From Octopus sinensis (Eukaryota), in the NCBI RefSeq assembly GCF_006345805.1, contig NC_042998.1, forward strand, positions 190,464,001 through 190,528,000: 64,000 nt of DNA. The letters run 5' to 3'. Made by a program: the position numbers and the translations under genes. The notes beneath the pieces are model-generated. The model made no database searches and was not told the origin of the DNA. It was given only the letters and a program-made list of their open reading frames with translations. Positions 11,945 through 26,571 of this stretch are shown here, one piece after another. How positions within the stretch are numbered: position 1 is the first letter of the stretch; the number at the start of each line of letters is the position of its first letter.

Positions 11945-12103
11945 AAAACAAGCAGAGAAACAAGGAGAAAAAAAAGGAGAGAAAAAAGGAGAGAAAAAAA
12001 GGAGAGAAAAAACGAGAGAAAAAACGAGGAGAGAAAAAAGGAGAGAAAAAAGAGAGAAAAAATGAGAGAAAAAAACAAGGAGAGAAACAAGGAGAGAAAA
12101 AAA
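11945..12103. repeat. Purine-rich minisatellite (GGAGAAAAAAA-like, ~11-13 bp unit)
   Basis: Directly visible; accounts for ORFs 11865-12065 and 11902-12090. Confidence 0.85.
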
Positions 12104-12908
12104 ATGTATGTAGTGGCTACCGATCTATCATATTGTATTTGTTATCTACGGCTGTGAGCGAAAAATTACGAAGTCAGCTTCTGTTCATTCTTAGATCATT
12201 TAAAAATGTCGAATAACTGACTGAAAGATGGCCGATGGTCACGTGTGAGCAACGAGAGAGTAAAGGAGGAAAAGTGAGAAAGAAAGAGGGACAGATAGAG
12301 AACGGTGAAAGGGAGAGGAAATGAATAAGAGAAAGGATAAGAGAGAAAAAAAACGAAAGGGGAGAAGGGGAGATAAAACTTTGAAGTTGAATTTCGACTT
12401 AATTGTTGTGGTTAACAACAAGAACAAGGACAACAAAAACAACAACAATAGTCTCACCAATAATTCTGAAATGATTTCGTTAAGAAAGGTGTCCTTCCTA
12501 CTGTATCTGTCATCAGGCACGCAATCTCAATTCGCTATGAAAACTTCAGGAAGTTGTCTCTTTGTCTGTTGCCCATCTCTTCGTGACTTATTCCATTCTA
12601 CTGTGTGTTAAATAGAATAAATTTAGACAAACGTCACCTGATTTCAGAATGAAATATATTAGAATAAAATATATTAGAATCAAATATATTAGAAAATATA
12701 TGTAACAGTCATTAGCAATTTTTAAAATTCTGATTTTTTTTTGTGATTTTGGTTTGCGATATAAACTTTAAACATCTGTAGATATCTTGGTTATAATAAT
12801 AATAATAATAATGATAAAAGATCATATTAAAACGAGGGAAACGATACTCACCTCCCGGTTAGATCTCATCCCTTATTTTTCACTAAGGCTTAAAGTTTTA
12901 TATATATA

Positions 12909-12977
<69 letters not shown>

Positions 12978-13400
12978 CACATATATATATGCATATATAC
13001 ATACATACATATATATAATATATATATATATATATAATAATATATATATATATATATATTCATATATATGTAGTATATACATATGCATACATGGGTACAG
13101 GACGTCATAAAACGTAAGCAACATGAAATACAAAAATATGGAATACAAGCTTTTTTTGCAAACAACGAAAGAAACAAATGGAAAACAAGACAAGCAACAT
13201 AAAGAACGACCCTTCATCAGTTGTCGGCTGTTTTTCTACTCCGTATTTCGAGAAATAATCACATTTATCAATTCAGTCAAAAACCCCCCACCGACAAATA
13301 TACCAGCAGTATCCGATGACCCGTTGAGTTCAAAATTTATTGAAGATAGTCATGCCTTAAATGAAATCAAACAAAAGAATGTACTACCCATCCTTAGCGG

Positions 13401-13781
13401 GAAGCACTCCGTCGGTTACGACGACGAGGGTTCCGGTTGATCCGATCAACGGAACAGCCTGCTCGTGAAATTAACGTGCAAGTGGCTGAGCACTCCACAG
13501 ACACGTGTACCCTTAACGTAGTTCTCGGGGATATTCAGCGTGACACAGAGAGTGACAAGGCCGGCCCCTTGAAATACAGGTACAACAGAAACAGGAAGTA
13601 AGAGTGAGAGAAAGTTGTGGTGAAAGAGTACAGCAGGGATCACCACCATCCCCTGCCGGAGCATCGTGGAGCTTTTAGGTGTTTTCGCTCAATAAACACT
13701 CACAACGCCCGGTCTGGGAATCGAAACCGCGATCCTACGACCGCGAGTCCGCTGCCCTAACCACTGGGCCATTGCGCCTCC
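13401..13781 (-). mobile_element. SINE family C (tRNA-derived), full length
   Basis: Head gaggcgcaatggcccagtggttaggg, B box gtttcgattccc, tail ...gacggagtgcttc; possible TSD tccttagc. Confidence 0.92.
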
Positions 13782-14150
13782 TTAGCATCTGCTGAACGAA
13801 TAGCAAAATAAATCCACCACACACACCTCCATCCCCATATAACTATCATTCCTTCCTCTATTTCCATCACCTTCCCTCCTCCCCACTAAACACACGCAGA
13901 AATACCCAGAGAACTCGCTTGACTTTCATACTGGTAAAAGGGGATAAGCATCCCTTTGTTGTACATCAATTAATGTTATATCATCGCCGGAAGAAATGAA
14001 TCAATGATGATCAACCGGATGCCCACGGATACTACGGACTACATTGTAATCATCCCAATAATACGGACTGTAATTTTAAGAGCCATATGACTTGTGGAAA
14101 AACGCGTAGCGATGCATTAAATGTTTACAAATTCCATCCAAGGATTATTG

Positions 14151-14216
<66 letters not shown>

Positions 14217-14342
14217 TATTATTATTATTCTATGTTTGACTTTTGCTTTATGTCTGTACAAGTTGGCTCCAAGTCTCACCCAGAGACCTCAAGAGACAAC
14301 AGGTTGGAAGTTCACGTTGTTGTTATGCCTAGTCTGCCATAT

Positions 14343-14396
<54 letters not shown>

Positions 14397-14555
14397 CATT
14401 ATTATATTTACCTTACATTATATACAACTTGATGAAACCCCGAAAAACTAGCTCACTAGGCAACATCATTAGACGGTGGCTGGCATAATGGAATAAGAGC
14501 TTTTCTTGCATATTGAAAACGTTTCCCACATAAAAATTTAATATATGTGCGTGAG

Positions 14556-14640
<85 letters not shown>

Positions 14641-14920
14641 GCAAATAAAAGTGTTAACATGTGACATTATTGTCCGAGGTTACCGTGGTCTTTTCCGTAG
14701 GCTTTTCTTTCCACGGATAAACCTTATCTGCTTCCCCCTTTACACTTTACATCATGACATTTCTGTGATACACGATCCCTATTGATCATTTTTTTCTTTC
14801 CTTTTTACGATCCCTTTTGATCAAAAACCTACCCCACATTTTTTTTCTCCCCAAAAAGAAAAGCTCTACTTTGTAATTTGTCCCGTCTGTGTTCAGCCCT
14901 GTGTGGCTAATAAAGTAACA
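14641..14920 (+). mobile_element. Tx1/L1-like LINE 3' UTR fragment between (CTAT)n tracts
   Basis: Homologous to 40115-40454; ends in aataaag followed by tatc repeats. Confidence 0.6.
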
Positions 14921-14931
14921 TATCTATCTAT

Positions 14932-15021
<90 letters not shown>

Positions 15022-15557
15022 CACACATATGAACACGCGACGGTTAACCGCATAGTTTCCACGCAATACCTACCTACCTACCTACCTGTTATTGAAGCAA
15101 TTTACTGAAACAATTGATGAAATACTACAAATAACAGTGAATGATCATATTTCTCAATTCGCTCCATTCGCGAAGAAAAGTTACATTAATTACGACGCAT
15201 CAAAAGAAGTAAAATAGTAAAATGCGATACAGGTTAAACATAACAGAACAGTAGTTGTCTCAAAACGTTCGTAGTCACAAAGATGTCGCAGACTTCATAT
15301 TAACACAAATGTTCATAAGAAAATTTATATGGAACAGGAAATATTTCCAAAATAATACTAAATGGTTTGTCTCATCTTAATATATGTGACAATAATACTG
15401 TATTTGGTCGCATATATGACGCGCTTCTTTTTCTCTAACCTGTTAAAAGAAAAAACACAACAAAAAATAACAAAAGCAAAATCACCCCGAGTTCTATAAT
15501 GCGAAGTTTCGCCTCCTATAAGCTTTGAAGCATTAAAAACTTTCTTTTCCTGATTAT

Positions 15558-15953
15558 GCGTAGGAGTAGCTGTGTGGTAAGTAGCTTGTTTACCAACCAC
15601 ATGGTTCCGGGTTCAGTCCCACTGCGTGGCACCTTGGGCAAGTGTCTTCTACTATAGTCTCGTATATATATATGCGCAGGAGTGGCTGTGTGGTAAGTAG
15701 CTTGTTTACCAACCACATGGTTCCGGGTTCAGTGTCCCACTGCGTGGCACCTTGGGCAAGTGTCTTCTACTATAGTCTCGTATATATATATGCGCAGGAG
15801 TGGCTGTGTGGTAAGTAGCTTGTTTACCAACCACATGGTTCCGGGTTCAGTCCCACTGCGTGGCACCTTGGGCAAGTGTCTTCTACTATAGCCTCGGGCC
15901 GACCAAAGCCTTGTGAGTGGATTTGATAGACGGAAACTGAAAAGCCCGTCGTA

Positions 15954-16018
<65 letters not shown>

Positions 16019-16222
16019 TTGTGTACACGTTCATGTGTCTGTATTTGTCCCCCCAACATCGCTTGACAACCGATGCTGGTGTGTTTATGTCCCCATAACT
16101 TAGCGGTTTGGCAAAAGAGACCGATAGAATAAGTACTAGGCTTACAAAGAATAAGTCGATTTGCTCGACTGAAGGCGGTGCTCCAGCATGGCCACAGTCA
16201 AATGACTGAAACAAGTAAAGAG
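15558..16222 (+). mobile_element. SINE family A with triplicated head
   Basis: Heads start at 15558, 15674 and 15792 (~117-bp period), followed by one body and tail. Confidence 0.92.
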
Positions 16223-16734
16223 AGTATGCACTGTTGAAATTGGGGTGCGTCTTATATGTCTGTGCTAAGCATTTCTGCCCGGCGTGCTAACGATTCTGCC
16301 AGTTCGTCACCTTCTCGTTAACAGATAATTATATGAGGAAGTAAAGATATTTATAATACTAATGCCAAACCTAGTAATAACAAACCATATCGATACCAGT
16401 CATAATATCACTAGTCTAACAATTTGACTATATTTATCCCTAATTCAGGTGCATTAGCCAATATTTGAATTCTAAACCTCTAGACATACAATCATATAAA
16501 TAGAAACACTTATACATATATGTGTGTATATTTGAATTCTTCAGATACAGGGAACATAGAGAAAGGGGGTGAAAAAAAGGAGAGAAATACAATGAAGATA
16601 TCTTAAGCATACTGTTAAGAAGAGATAATCTTTAATAAATCTTTTCTAAAATAGGCACCAGGCCTGCAATTTCAGGGGACGAGACTAATCAGTTACATTG
16701 ACCCCATTGTTTCATTGGTACTTAATTTATCGAC

Positions 16735-16965
16735 AAGGCGGCGAGCTGTCAGAAACGTTAGCACGCCGGGCGAAATGCGTAGCCGTATTTCGTCTGCCGT
16801 TACGTTCCGAGTTCAAATTCCGCCGAGGTCAACTTTGCCTTTCATCCTTTCGGGATCGATATATTAAGTACCAGTTACGCACTGGGGTCGATATAATCGA
16901 CTTAATCCGTTTGTCTGTCCTTGTTTGTCCCCTCTGTGTTTACCCTTGTGGGTAGTAAAGAAATA
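16735..16965 (+). mobile_element. SINE family B, full length
   Basis: aaggcggcgagctgtcagaaacgttagc...agtaaagaaata. Confidence 0.92.
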
Positions 16966-16985
16966 GGTATACTATAAAAATGGAG

Positions 16986-17327
16986 GAGGAGACCCCCTTC
17001 GGTCGTGGATAACCATGGGATTGCACCTAGAAATTTACCCTCCGAGGTACAAGTCGGGGCAAGGTTGTTTGTGGAAGACCAGTAGTCGCCCATGCATACC
17101 AGCCTCCCCTCTCCACACCACTGATGTTATCCAAGGGAAAGGCAAAGGGGCCGATATAGTTTGGCACCAGTGACGTCGCAAGTCATTTCTACAGCTGAAT
17201 TAACTGGAGCAACGTGAAATAAAGTGTCTTGCTCAAGAACACAACACGCAGCCCGGCCCGGGGAATCGAACTCACAATCTCACGATCGTAAGCTCGACGC
17301 TCCAACCACTGAGCCACGCGCCTTCAC
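16986..17327 (-). mobile_element. tRNA-derived SINE, family D
   Basis: Minus strand: gtgaaggcgcgtggctcagtggttggagcg...gagttcgattcccc...gttcttgagcaagacacttt. Confidence 0.85.
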
Positions 17328-17658
17328 ACTAGACACTATAAAAATATTAGATTGGGAATTACGTATAGTACCAATTAGTAGTGCATGAATCTCATTTCAG
17401 ATCTTAGTAGTTGACAAGGGCAGAGAAAAAAACAAAACAAAACAAAGAAATAGTAAATAGTTGTTTGACTGAGAGATGAGGAAAAGACACAGAAGGAAAT
17501 GGGAGGCGAAGATGTATCTCTATCTAATGTTAATTATTTTCCCTATGAAATATTGATCGTAATTTATGCTTGCAATTTGTAACTAATTCATTGTGCTTAT
17601 TTAATATATTCTCACGATTAGCGAAGAATATATCCAGGGCCTCACGTAAACAGGCTCT

Positions 17659-17704
<46 letters not shown>

Positions 17705-18299
17705 TGTGTGTGTGTTTGTGTGTGTGTGTAAGCTCACTTCACAAAAGCCAATTCTCGATGAAATATTGTATTCTTTTCTCCTTTGACATCGCAAAATAAT
17801 TTTAGAATGATGTTTTTCGTATTTCTATTTCTGCTCCAGTTTTTCGTAAATTAATTTATAATTTATTTTCAGCATTTACTCACTGTATGTTCATACAAAT
17901 CTCTGTTTCGGAAATTTCGTTTTCTTCTTTTCTTTCAGTTGATAAAATTCATAAAAAGTATTCATATAAATTCATAAAGTACTTCACAAAAGTAAATGAA
18001 AATACCCGAAAAAAAAAAAAAAAGGGGGAAATTTTTGGGCTTGTAGGTGAAAAATATTTCAAAAATTTTGTAAAAAGTGAAAGGGTTGTTTAACTAACGA
18101 ATTAAACATTTTGTAGTCACAGAAGAGGAACGTAGGAAGTTTAGTAAAATCAGATGGGTCAAGATAATATGTGGCAGAAGAAAATTGTGGATCTAGGAGA
18201 ATTTGTTACGTGGTGGCAAGTTTGATTGCTGTATTTGTGCTCTACCAAAAAGTATTGAATAATCCATCAATCTAATGTTAAGTTGTTATATAAATAATA

Positions 18300-18380
18300 A
18301 TAAATATGCCCCTTTAAAGCCTAGCCAGGCCCATGGGCCCGGTTTCCCGGTTTCGGTGGCATATGTGTTCCCCAGCTGGA
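18300..18380 (-). mobile_element. Retroposon 3' tail fragment
   Basis: (aat)n tail next to gcccctttaaagcctagccaggcccatgggcccggtttcc. Confidence 0.4.
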
Positions 18381-18424
18381 AAGAAGCATACTCTAAAACA
18401 CAAGAGCTGTAATTTTTAAGCTAA

Positions 18425-18425
<1 letters not shown>

Positions 18426-18500
<75 letters not shown>

Positions 18501-18550
18501 GTCTGTCTGTCTGTATGTCTGTCTGTCTGTCTGCCTGCCTGCCTGCCTGC

Positions 18551-18608
<58 letters not shown>

Positions 18609-18678
18609 GTCTGTCTATCTATCTATCTTTCTATCTGTCTGTCTGTCTGTCTGTCTGTCTGCCTGCCTGTCTGCCTGC

Positions 18679-18760
<82 letters not shown>

Positions 18761-18950
18761 GCTTCTCTCTCTCTCTCTATCTGTCTGTCTGTCTGCCTGT
18801 CTGTCTATATATGTCTGTCTGTCTGTCTATCTATCTATCTGTCTGTCTGTCTGTCTGTCTGTCTATATCTGTCTGTCTGTCTGTCTCTTTTTCTCTCCCT
18901 TTCTCTCTCTCTCTCTATCTATCTGTATCTGTCTGTCTGTCTTCTCTCTA
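18426..18950. repeat. Compound (CTAT)n/(CTGT)n/(CTGC)n microsatellite
   Basis: Directly visible. Confidence 0.95.
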
Positions 18951-19674
18951 TATATATAGGTATCGACAGACAGATATGGAGAGAAAGATGATAGGGCAAT
19001 GGGAAGAGTTGGAATTGAAAAAAATGCTTAGAATGCATTGAAAGACTTGAGTATGTTGATTATTAGATAGACGTATTATTGAAGCTGGCACTCATGTAAT
19101 TTTCAGATCGATAATTAATTTAAAAGTAAACTCATTTGATTCTCTGTTGTTAAATCAACCCCATCAAACAATTAAAAGCTTCTTATTTGAAATTGTTTGA
19201 ATGATTTAAAGTTTCTAACTTGTCTACATTGAACCACACATCTATCTATTCATAAAAGAAACAGCAGCATGTAATTACGAACTGTATTATTTACGTAACA
19301 CCCACGTTTCTGGAGAGATTTCTTTTCCGCTACAAAAAAAAAAAAAAAAGATTAGTCTCGAATTTGTAAATACTATCAACTTCTTAATTTTCGCTTCTAA
19401 TCATTGCACACTAAGCGATTTTATTGAAGCAGTCTTAATTTCAAACGATTTGCTAATTAAAAATGAAAAACAAAAACAGGCGTATGATAAGAGCTACAGT
19501 TTTGATAAAGCTTACACCTCTGTAAGAGATAACGAAAAAACGTTATAATATTGTCGATTGTATGGAATGAAAATAAAATATATGCCAATAATTTCTACAT
19601 AAACCATGACATTCCAATAATCTGCAACAAAACGAATAAACACTTTAGTTTGGTGCTCCACTATTAGTATCATG

Positions 19675-20123
19675 GGATCTTTTCGGTTTGAACGGCAGTT
19701 TTTTAAAATAATTTGCACGTAACTAAACACTTTTAATCTTCGTATACTGGTAGAATGTGTTTATAAAACATCTTTTTCTCTTGGCTTTATTGAGAAAATT
19801 CTATAGTTTGTAAGATATTTGTTGTTTTTTTCTTCAATTTCTGCAATTTCAACCAATCAATGACGTGTATTGAGGTGAAAACATTCTGTGCCGTATGAAT
19901 ATGTCCCTCGTTTAAGAAACAGATTGGGTTTATTTACATTTGTGAAGAAAAAAAGATACCCTTCCCCCACCCCTAACCCTAACCCTAACCCTAACCATAT
20001 CCCTAACTATCCCTAACCCTAAAACAGATTGAAATGCAATAGATCGATACTAGGGTCATAATTATGGGTGACAATTTCATATAACACCGCTAGAAAAAAC
20101 TGCCGTTCAAACCGAAAAGATCC
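19675..20123 (+). mobile_element. MITE with 29-bp GG-starting TIRs, 8-bp TSD and internal (CCCTAA)n (Merlin- or hAT-type)
   Basis: GGATCTTTTCGGTTTGAACGGCAG...CTGCCGTTCAAACCGAAAAGATCC; flanks gtatcatg / gcatcatg; ~7 CCCTAA units at 19971-20022. Confidence 0.92.
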
Positions 20124-21055
20124 GCATCATGTTTAGAAGAGGACCTGTTATTCAAGTTTAGTTACAAGATGTTGGGCAGCGGCCATGACATTTTGTAGGA
20201 TCACCGGTGACTGATAGAAAGAAGGAAAGAAGGAAGAAAGGAAATTATCTTCAGACTGGAGATTGGACCAACTGCTTACAACAGAATAGTTTTCACTAAA
20301 ATTACCAAAGGGCCAAGAGATGGTGTTGTTAAATCGGTCAGTAGATGCGGTTAAATCATTAAAAATAAAGTTGAGTTAGTTACAAAGTTAGGCCTGAAGC
20401 TTAGCCATAGTTTCGCATTATGTTAGACTTTAATAGTTTTAGATTATATAAAGTTTAAGATAATGTGGAAAAAAAGTGTCTAGCAGAAACCAGTCAATAA
20501 AATGCACGACTCTCAAACACGCAAATGAACGCATTAAAAGCTGGAGGTATTATTTATAATTCTTAAATGCTCATTGATTTTCGTGGAAAACTCTATTCCA
20601 TATAACTGGTGACTTAAAATAGAAAACTTAACCAATAGCGATAACAATGTGACATTCTGTTTATTGATCAACTAAAACCGCTTCGGTTAAAGATATAATA
20701 TATGATATAGAATCGATAACATTTTCTTTCTTTTAACTGGGAGCCTAGAACTTGGCATTTTTGTTCAGGGAAGATAGTGAGTGACGTGAAGAAATGCGAT
20801 TTTAGAATAAGTATCTAAAACAGGTACGGTAGTGGTCAGCGTATTTATGTTTCGTTGCAGGAATCAATGTGTGTCTGCGAGACGTAGAAGTAAGACACAA
20901 AAGACGAGAGAAAGGTATTGGCAGAGTGAAGAAAGAAGTAGGGGATAAAAAGAGACGTATCTTGAACTTAATTCAAATAGACAATTGATTTTATGAAAAA
21001 ATATGCATGCGTGCATACATGTATGCTTGTATGTAATTCATATATTATGAGTGCG

Positions 21056-21087
<32 letters not shown>

Positions 21088-21704
21088 TATACAATACACA
21101 CACATCCATAATGCAAACGTACATGTGCATACATACTGAAGAACTGTATAAATCGAGGTAAAACAAGCAACAAAAATGACGTGAGAAAATAAGAAAATAA
21201 GATTGGAAACGTGAATAAGAAGATAAGAGGGAGAAGAATGCAAAAAGGATGCTAAAGTCAGTGTGAAGAGGCTAAAGAACAAAATTATTGACAACAAAAC
21301 ATGAAGGGATGTTTTTAAACTTTAGCTGTGGTAAACGATTTTCCCCCACTCATATACGAACACGCAATTTCTCATTTCCATTTTCTAAATCACTCAAAAT
21401 TTATAGCAAACCCGAATCGATAAAAATCTGAAATGAAATAAAGCAAAATGTTATATATATTGGTCTTTGATTCAGTATTGAATCTTTAAAGATATTTCGA
21501 CATTAATCTCATTTGAAAAGATCAGACAGAAAAAATATATATCAGCATATATATTCTATTGGAACGTATTTAACTTGATAGACTATAAGAGTGTGATTAT
21601 GTAAGTCAGTACGCTGTTAAGTTACTATTCAATCAACATTTTCTTCTACCTCACCGCCTAGCCAGTACACTCACGAACATTTTTAGGTGCACACAAACAC
21701 TTGT

Positions 21705-21915
21705 ATACGCATACATACATACATTATACCCATATATGCACGTATATATACATATATATATGTAGGTATGTACATATATGTATGTATATATGCATATATA
21801 TGCATATATATATGTATGTATATATATATATGTATATATATATGTATATATGTATATGTATATTATGTATATATATGTATATATATATATATATGTATAT
21901 GTATATATATATATA

Positions 21916-21966
<51 letters not shown>

Positions 21967-22020
21967 GTATAATATATATATATGTATATATATATATGTA
22001 TATATATGTATATATATATG

Positions 22021-22052
<32 letters not shown>

Positions 22053-22145
22053 GTATATATATATGTATATATATATATATAGATGTATATAATATGTATA
22101 TATATATAGTATATATATATATATATAAAAATATAATGCAATATA

Positions 22146-22179
<34 letters not shown>

Positions 22180-22238
22180 GTATATAATATGTATATATAT
22201 ATGTATATATATATATATAAAATACATAATACAATATA

Positions 22239-22277
<39 letters not shown>

Positions 22278-22302
22278 TATATAATATATGTATATATATA
22301 TA

Positions 22303-22347
<45 letters not shown>

Positions 22348-22375
22348 ATATATTATATATATATGTATATATATT
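21705..22375. repeat. ~670-bp (TA)n-rich microsatellite
   Basis: Directly visible. Confidence 0.95.
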
Positions 22376-22872
22376 AACAATGTTCAATCTTTATATTCGG
22401 TCAATAGAAGAGATGCATTTTTCTAGTCGCAGATTGTTCCCCTACATCGTTACTTTGTTAGCGTCTGCTTATATTCGTAATTCTATCTCAAAATTTGAGT
22501 CGACCACCTTACAAAATGTAGAGACATTCTTATGAAGAATGTAAACTTTTTGGAAATGCTCGAATCCAATAATCTTTAAAGATATTTTTACTCCGTCAGA
22601 TTGTTTTAATTTCTGTTTTTTAGCTTTTTTGTTTTATTTTTAAAAATAAATATTTATTTAAAATTTCATTTTGAAATCTGTCAATAAAACAAATAGATGA
22701 AAGTAAATAAATAGTCGAATCACCTACGAAAAACAGTAAAATATTTTACACGCACACGCACACATATACATAGACTGTATACAAAGAATGTATACATGTA
22801 CAGTGCATATAGAATTTTAATTTTATATTATATACATACATATATATATGTATATATATGTATATATATATG

Positions 22873-22974
<102 letters not shown>

Positions 22975-22984
22975 ATATATATAT

Positions 22985-23108
22985 CAGCCGAAATTGCGAG
23001 GATGATCCGGTTCTTGACTGAAGATTGAAGGCTTCGAATGTCCCGTCCGTGTTTTTTGTATCGTCTTCTAAATGTTTTGCGTTCTTGTCCCAGTTTGTAT
23101 TTTTTTTA
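22985..23108 (+). repeat. Interspersed repeat family E, copy 2
   Basis: gccgaaattgcgaggatgatccggttcttgactgaagat...gcgttcttgtccc, between (TA)n tracts. Confidence 0.65.
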
Positions 23109-23115
23109 CATATAC

Positions 23116-23167
<52 letters not shown>

Positions 23168-23216
23168 TATATATATATTATTATATATATATATATATTA
23201 ATATATATTAATATAT

Positions 23217-23259
<43 letters not shown>

Positions 23260-23435
23260 GATTTGGTCGAACAAATAGGAGAAACAGGAGAATTTTTTTT
23301 AAACGGCAGGGTGTTACGAGAGTGACTGGTAGAACATGTGTTTGGGGCGAGCCTTATCAATTAGTCCCACGCACGAAACTGTTAGCACTCGAGTCACTTT
23401 TGTAACTGTCTGCAGATTAAAAAAATAAAAAAGTA

Positions 23436-23828
23436 TACTCTTTTACTTGTTTCAGTCATTTGACTGCGGCCATGCTGGAGCACCGCCTTAGTCGAGCAAC
23501 TCGACCCCGGGACTTATTCTTTTGTAAGCCCAGTACTTATTCTATCGGTTCTCTTTTGCCGAACCGCTAAGTAACGGGGGCATAAACACACCAGCATCGG
23601 TTGTCAAGCAATGCTAGGGGGACAAACACAGACACACAAGCACATACACATACATACATATATATATACGACAGGCTTCTTTCAGTTTCCGTCTACCAAA
23701 TCCACTCACAAGGCTTTGGTCGGCCCGAGGCTATAGTAGAAGACACTTGCCCAAGGTGCCACGCAGTGGGACTGAACCCGGAACCATGTGGTCGGTAAAC
23801 AAGCTACTTACCACACAGCCACTCCTGT
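23436..23828 (-). mobile_element. SINE family A, full length
   Basis: Reverse copy from tail (tactcttttacttgtttcag) to head (cacagccactcctg). Confidence 0.92.
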
Positions 23829-23927
23829 ATGTAATATTTAACAAACTATGTATAAAATATACATGGGAGGACGACAAAGAGTGAATGACTGCAGTGGCGC
23901 GAAATAAAAAGGCTTACACGCACTCAG

Positions 23928-23974
<47 letters not shown>

Positions 23975-24235
23975 CTTACACACACACACGCGCTCTTACA
24001 CACACACACGCACTTACACACACACACACACGCGTATACACACACCAAATTTCGTATAGGCTACCATACGTAAGGTGATTAATTGAAAAAAAAATATATA
24101 ATCAGATATGACCGTATTCACAAGAATCATTAGCTGCAATGAGAATTAATCTTAAAAAGAAAAGAAAAACTGAATATCAAAAGGTTTATGAAGGCAATCA
24201 AGGAGATGGGGTGAGTCTGATTACCCCACTTCTCT

Positions 24236-25432
24236 CTATGTGTATGTATGCATGTATGTATGTATGTATGTATGTATGTATGTATGTATGTATGTATGTA
24301 TGTATGTATGTATGTATGTATGTATATGTGTGTGTGTGTATGTATGTATGTAGGTATGTATGCATGTATGTATGTATGTATGTATGTATGTATGCATGTA
24401 TGTAGGTATGTATGTATGAATGTATGTATGTATGTGTGTATGTATGTATGTGTGTATGTATGTATGTATGTATGTATGTATGTATGTATGTATGTATGTA
24501 TGAATGTATGTATGTATGCATGTATGTATGTTTGTATGTATGTATGTATGTATGTATGCATGTATGTATGTATGCATGTATGTATGTATGTATGCATGTA
24601 TGTATGTATTTTTGTATGTATGTATGTATGTAGTATGTATGTATGTATGTATGTATGTATGTATGTATGTGTGTGTCTGTATGTATGTATGTATGCATGT
24701 ATGTCTGTATGTATGTATGTGTGTGTGTATGTATGTATGTATGTATGTGTGTATGTATGTATGTATGTATGTATGTTTGTATGTATGTATGTATGCATTT
24801 ATGTATGTATGCGTGTATGTATGTATGTATGTATGTATGTATGTATGTATGTATGTATGAATGTATGTATGCATGTATGCATGTATGTATGTTTGTATGT
24901 ATGTATGTATGTATGCATGTATGTATGTATGCATGTATGTATGTATGTATGCATGTATGCATGTATGTATGTATGTATGTATGTATTTTTGTATGTATGT
25001 ATGTATGTATGTATGTGTGTGTCTGTATGTATGTATGTATGTATGTATGTCTGTATGTATGTATGTATGTGTGTGTATGTATGTATGTATGTATGTGTGT
25101 ATGTATGTATGTATGTATGTTTGTATGTATGTATGTATGCATTTATGTATGTATGCATGTATGTATGTATGTATGTATGTATGTATGTATATATGTATGT
25201 ATGTATGCATGCATGTATGTATGTATGTATGTGTGAATGTATGTATGTATGTATGTATGTATGCATGCATGTATGTATGTATGTATGTATGTATGTATGT
25301 TTGTATGTATGTATGTATGCATGTATGCATGTATGTATGTATGTATGTATGTATGCATGTATGTATGTATGCATGTATGTATGTTTGTATGTATGTATTA
25401 TGTATGTATATGTGTGTGTGTGTGTGTGTATG
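24236..25432. repeat. ~1.2-kb (TATG)n microsatellite with variant units
   Basis: Directly visible; source of the 410-493 aa YVCM/HTYI pseudo-ORFs. Confidence 0.97.
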
Positions 25433-25594
25433 TGTAAGCATGTGAATTACAAGCACACATACAAGCACACGTTAGAGGCGGTGCTCCAGCATGGCCGCAG
25501 TCAGATGACTGAAACAAGTAAAAGAAAAGAAAAAAAGAAATACACACACATGTATATGGACTGTTGGCGATTTTCCTCCTTCTTGCTGCTTTTC

Positions 25595-25633
25595 TTGTTT
25601 CCGACGAAGAGCTGTGCTCGAAACGTAAAACAA
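25595..25633 (+). ncRNA. Minimal type-I hammerhead motif (U4C variant, extra A after A9)
   Basis: ttgttt-CCGACGA-a-GAGC/tgt/GCTC-GAAAC-GTA-aaacaa: 6-bp stem I and loopless palindromic stem III (ACGT). Confidence 0.6.
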
Positions 25634-25733
25634 CAACTCTCTTCCTTCACCGAGCGTCACATTAATTCATTACTTGTGCTACGCCCTCACGTTTGTTTTT
25701 TTCTTTTTCTTTTGTTTTCTGTCTTTTAAAATT

Positions 25734-25800
<67 letters not shown>

Positions 25801-25802
<2 letters not shown>

Positions 25803-26225
25803 TGCAGGAGTGGCTGTGTGGTAAGTAGCTTGCTTACCAACCATATGGTTCCATGTTCAGTCCCACTGCGTTACACCTTGGGCGTCTTCTACTATAGCCT
25901 CGGGCCGACCAAAGCCTTGTGAGTGGATTTGGTAGACGGAAACTGAAAGAAGCCCGTCGTATATATATATGTATATGTTTGTGTGTCTGTGTTTGTCCCC
26001 CCCATCGCTTGACGAATGATATTGGTGTGCTTACGTCCCCGTAACTTAGTGGTTCGGCCTCAGAGACCGATAGAATAAATACTAGGATTACAAAAACAGT
26101 CCTGGTACTGATTTGTTCGACTAAATGTAGTGCTGTAGCATGGCCGTAGTCTGAAAGAAAGAAGTACTGGCGGTGTCCCAGCATGGCCGCGGCCTCAAGG
26201 CTGAAACATATAAAAGAATAAAAGA
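25801..26225 (+). mobile_element. SINE family A with duplicated tail
   Basis: ggtgcaggagtggctgtgtggtaag head; tail motif gcatggccg at ~26138 and ~26181. Confidence 0.88.
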
Positions 26226-26470
26226 ATAGAATTTCACGCCTCTCTTCCAGCCAAGATATTTTTAACAAGAATAAAGAAATTTACAATAGCAGGCTATAAG
26301 CAAAAAAATTAAATACCTAGACCTAGACCACTATGCAAAAAACCGGAACAAAATAAATGCCCAAGATAATATTCATAACACTAACCATACTCCAAACGAA
26401 ACTAGTAACTGCCTCAACAATATGAACAACATAGATAAGATTAACACCAATAATAACAAAAAAAAAAGAA

Positions 26471-26501
<31 letters not shown>

Positions 26502-26571
26502 TTAAAAAAACGTGTAGTAGAGGCACGAACAAAAAACAGACACAGAATGGCAAGTTACAAGTTAAGAAAAC

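Noticed and set aside
13180-13250. Minus-strand CTGATGA with an upstream GAAA as a permuted hammerhead
   Set aside because: The stem II and III registers do not pair.
19971-20022. (CCCTAA)n as a chromosome end or fusion scar
   Set aside because: The array is short and lies at a fixed position inside a TIR/TSD-bounded MITE present five times.
22985-23060. CTGAAGA in repeat family E as a hammerhead
   Set aside because: It is followed by GAAT rather than GAAA in both good copies, and no consistent stems I or III can be closed.
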